Shown here: positions 61,343 to 64,000 of the stretch, one piece after another
Layout of the letters: every line of letters begins with the position of its first letter
Numbering within the stretch: position 1 is the stretch's first letter
Assembly: GCA_950097015.1 (NCBI GenBank)
Contig: CATNEN010000037.1
Location: forward strand, 3,968,001 to 4,032,000
Direction: 5' to 3'
DNA from: Macrostomum hystrix
Taxonomy: Eukaryota; Animalia; Platyhelminthes
DNA: 64,000 nt
The notes under the pieces: generated by a model
The model's input: only the letters and a program-made list of their open reading frames with translations
What the model was told of the DNA's origin: nothing
Databases searched by the model: none
Made by a program: the position numbers and the translations under genes

Positions 61343-64000
61343 TCAAAGTACATAGTTCAGCTCGTGCCTCTGGTAGCTGTTCTTCTCGTCATCTGGCACA
61401 CTGGGATAGCCGCTAACCAGACAATCGGGATTGCCAATGTACACAGTGTTGTACACCTTCCACATCATGTCTCGCACTTTCCTAGCCGGATGGAATAGGC
61501 CGGCCAGGCAGTATTGCAGCACGCGGATGTGGCCAAGGCTGATGCGGCTGCCTTCAACCACGGACATGAAGGCTTGGACAACATGCGGCGAGGTTTCGAA
61601 TACGTTTGGCCAGGCAAAGTTGAGCAGATGAGTCAGGGCGTCCTCGCAGCCGAAGCCGTAGACACCAAGTGCCATGTGGCCAATGGTGAACATGGCGGTC
61701 TGCCGGTGCACCAGATCCCGTTCCATCAGGGCGTCCTCGAGCAGCGGCACCACGGCGTACACATAGTCCTTGCCCATTTCGCCGATATACTCAAACATAA
61801 ATGAAAGCGATTTGAGCACACCGTTTTGTACGTTGAGTTCTGGCACGCGGTATTCGTTCATTAGGCCGGGCAGGACAGTGAAGGGTGAGCAGTTCTCGGC
61901 CACAATGGCTATGGCTACGGTGGTGCATACTCGATTCTGACGCTCTTGCACCTGTCAAAGGCGATGCACAGCTTTATTATATATTATAACAGTATAACAG
62001 TAATTAATTTCGAATTTTAACTACAGAGGAGGCAATTCTCTCTACAATCCAATGATCCGTGAACCCTGTAAAAAATTCGGCTGCTTCTTCGGCGGGTTTT
62101 TTGTGCAAAATAGGAGTGGAATCTACCGAAATCCCCCCTATCTCGCAAGAGTTAAAGAAACCACCCAGGAAGCAGCCGATGTAACCGTAAATTGTGCGGA
62201 AACCGCCGAAGAATCACCCGAAGACGTGGCCCATGGGAAAACCAGAGAATTATTTACGGGCGATTCCTCGGCGGTTTCTGAGCATGGAATCTTCCGAACT
62301 GGAGGATTCTTTGGGTGATTCCATTTCGCCACCAAGAAGCACCGAGAAAACGCCCAGTTGGGTAGATTCTAATCATGGAATCATCCGATTGGTATGTTTC
62401 CTGTGTTGGGATTTAAATAGCGGATCTCTCTGGGGAAATATTTATTTGCAGGAATAAAAAATGTTTGCATTCTGCTTACCTTGAGATTGTTCAGTAGAGT
62501 AGCCAGCACATCGTGCGGTCCAATGGCCTTGGCGATGTAGCCGAATGTGTTAACTGTAGCTCTTCTGATGCTCTTCTTGTGCGCTTTGAGAAGATCCAGC
62601 AGTTCAAAGCAGATTCGCATCCATTCTTTGACGCTGACAAACTCGGAGCCGCGATCAGCGATGCGGCCAACCAGATCGATGCAGTTCTCCTGCACCTTCT
62701 CGTGCCGGTTCTTCAGAATGGGCGTCAGCCTTGGCAGCAGGTCCTTGATCGGAGGCGTCATATTATTCATGCCGATCACGTTCACGATGGCCTTCAAAGC
62801 GCCAAGAATCGAACCAAGCACCTCTGGATACTCTTCTCCAAGGTATTCGTACAGCACAACGCCCAAATGGCCCATTAGTCGTTCCTCTTGACAAGCCTTC
62901 ATAACTCCGGCGATGCGGCTGATAAGATCAGCCACCTGTTGGCGCACCTTGGCCGATTTGTTGTTTAAGCGCCAGAGAATGTTTCCGCAAATCTGCGGCA
63001 GGTAGGGCTTCACCCGCTTGCCGAGTGCGTTTACCAGAGTGCCAAAACCGTTCAGCATTACAGCGTCCTCCGTAGTCTGTTCAGAGAAGGCGAACATAAC
63101 ACCGTCGACTAGTTGCTCCTCCAGACGGGCGTCAACCTCAGTGGCGCCAAGATTATTGAGCACCTTCTCAACTGTGTCCATAACCATTTTGCGATACTGC
63201 TCGGACTGTTCCTTTAGATCGTCGACAATGCGATTTAGTATCTCGGCGGAGCCCACCTTGTTGGCGATCTCCACTGTGGTGTCAACCAGCTGGCGATAGT
63301 TGCGCCTCTCTGTGGCCATCTTCTGGGTCCAGAAGTGCTTGAAGAATGGCGGCAGGATGTCCTTCTTGATGTAGGCTGGCTCCACACCCTCTGTGGAGCA
63401 GCACTGTTTTACTACCTTGAGTACAATCTTCTTCATCTCTTCGTCGGGAGATTGGAATTCGCGAATTAGGATAAGCATAACCTCGCGAGTGTAGTAGTTA
63501 GCGTACTCAGCGTCCATAAGTGGAATCAGGTAGCCGATGGCTTTGAGGAAGGCAGCCAATCCTTTGCCGCGATGAGTTCGAATGCCTTTCCACAGCGGTT
63601 TGAGCACAGTATCGAATGACTCAATGCCGTAGGGTGTGGCTGATTCAGCAAGAGCGGCCAGGGCCAAAGCGGTGATGGTGCGCACTTTCTGCTGCTCATC
63701 AACCAGGCCCAGCTCAATAATCTCAACAAGTGAGCGCAGGTGCGGAAGGACTGCGCAGCCCATTAGGATGGCAATTTGTTGCACAATCTTGATGCCAGTG
63801 TGCCTGGCCTGCCAGCTGCGCTTGGATTTGCAAACAGCTTTCAAAAAAAGGAGCAGACTGGGAATGCCAAGAGCTGAGGCCACTACAGCGAAAGCCCTGG
63901 CTGTGGTGTTGCGCACATATTCGTCCATGTTCTCCAAATCCGGCCGCATTGTGGTGATCATAGTGGCCAGGCCGGCCGCTTTGGCCAGGTTAGAAATGAT
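61343..64000 (-). CDS. SF3B1: Splicing factor 3B subunit 1 (HEAT-repeat region to C-terminus; 5' part beyond window)
   Basis: Exons 64000-62480 (open at window edge) and 61951-61343; AAG|GTAAGC...GACAG|GTG phase 0. [66 protein letters not shown]. Confidence 0.97.

Noticed and set aside
62480-63961. Possible unusual SF3B1 residues at known hotspot or drug-resistance positions
   Set aside because: Motifs corresponding to human R625, H662, K666, K700 and R1074 appear conserved (TARAF, RHTGIK, QQKVRT, SIRRAT); ordinary orthologue.

Overview
Eukaryotic (metazoan) genomic DNA: GC- and CpG-rich exons, AT-rich spacers, GT-AG introns, and about 27 minisatellite arrays (16-93 bp units, roughly 19-20 kb or ~30% of the window), many inside introns. 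This architecture is consistent with a free-living flatworm such as Macrostomum (inference, not proven). Ten genes were reconstructed by hand. On +: WDR1/AIP1 (5' end missing), ETHE1, eIF6, an unassigned PH-domain/coiled-coil gene and a 30-copy xxYSGLL-amide neuropeptide precursor. On -: synaptotagmin-4/11, MORN1 (9 exons), an intronless divergent Cys-loop channel, a small Shisa-like membrane protein and the 3' part of SF3B1. Mobile DNA: five copies of a tRNA-headed CORE-like SINE, a Merlin-like MITE with an 8-bp TSD and two foldback elements. Most notable: the neuropeptide, whose C-terminus resembles vertebrate-type tachykinins; the orphan channel next to a Shisa-like gene; minisatellite families sharing a hairpin core at distant loci; and intronic arrays made of splice-site look-alikes. 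Most long ORFs in the supplied track are repeat or antisense artefacts. Array boundaries and copy numbers are approximate manual estimates.
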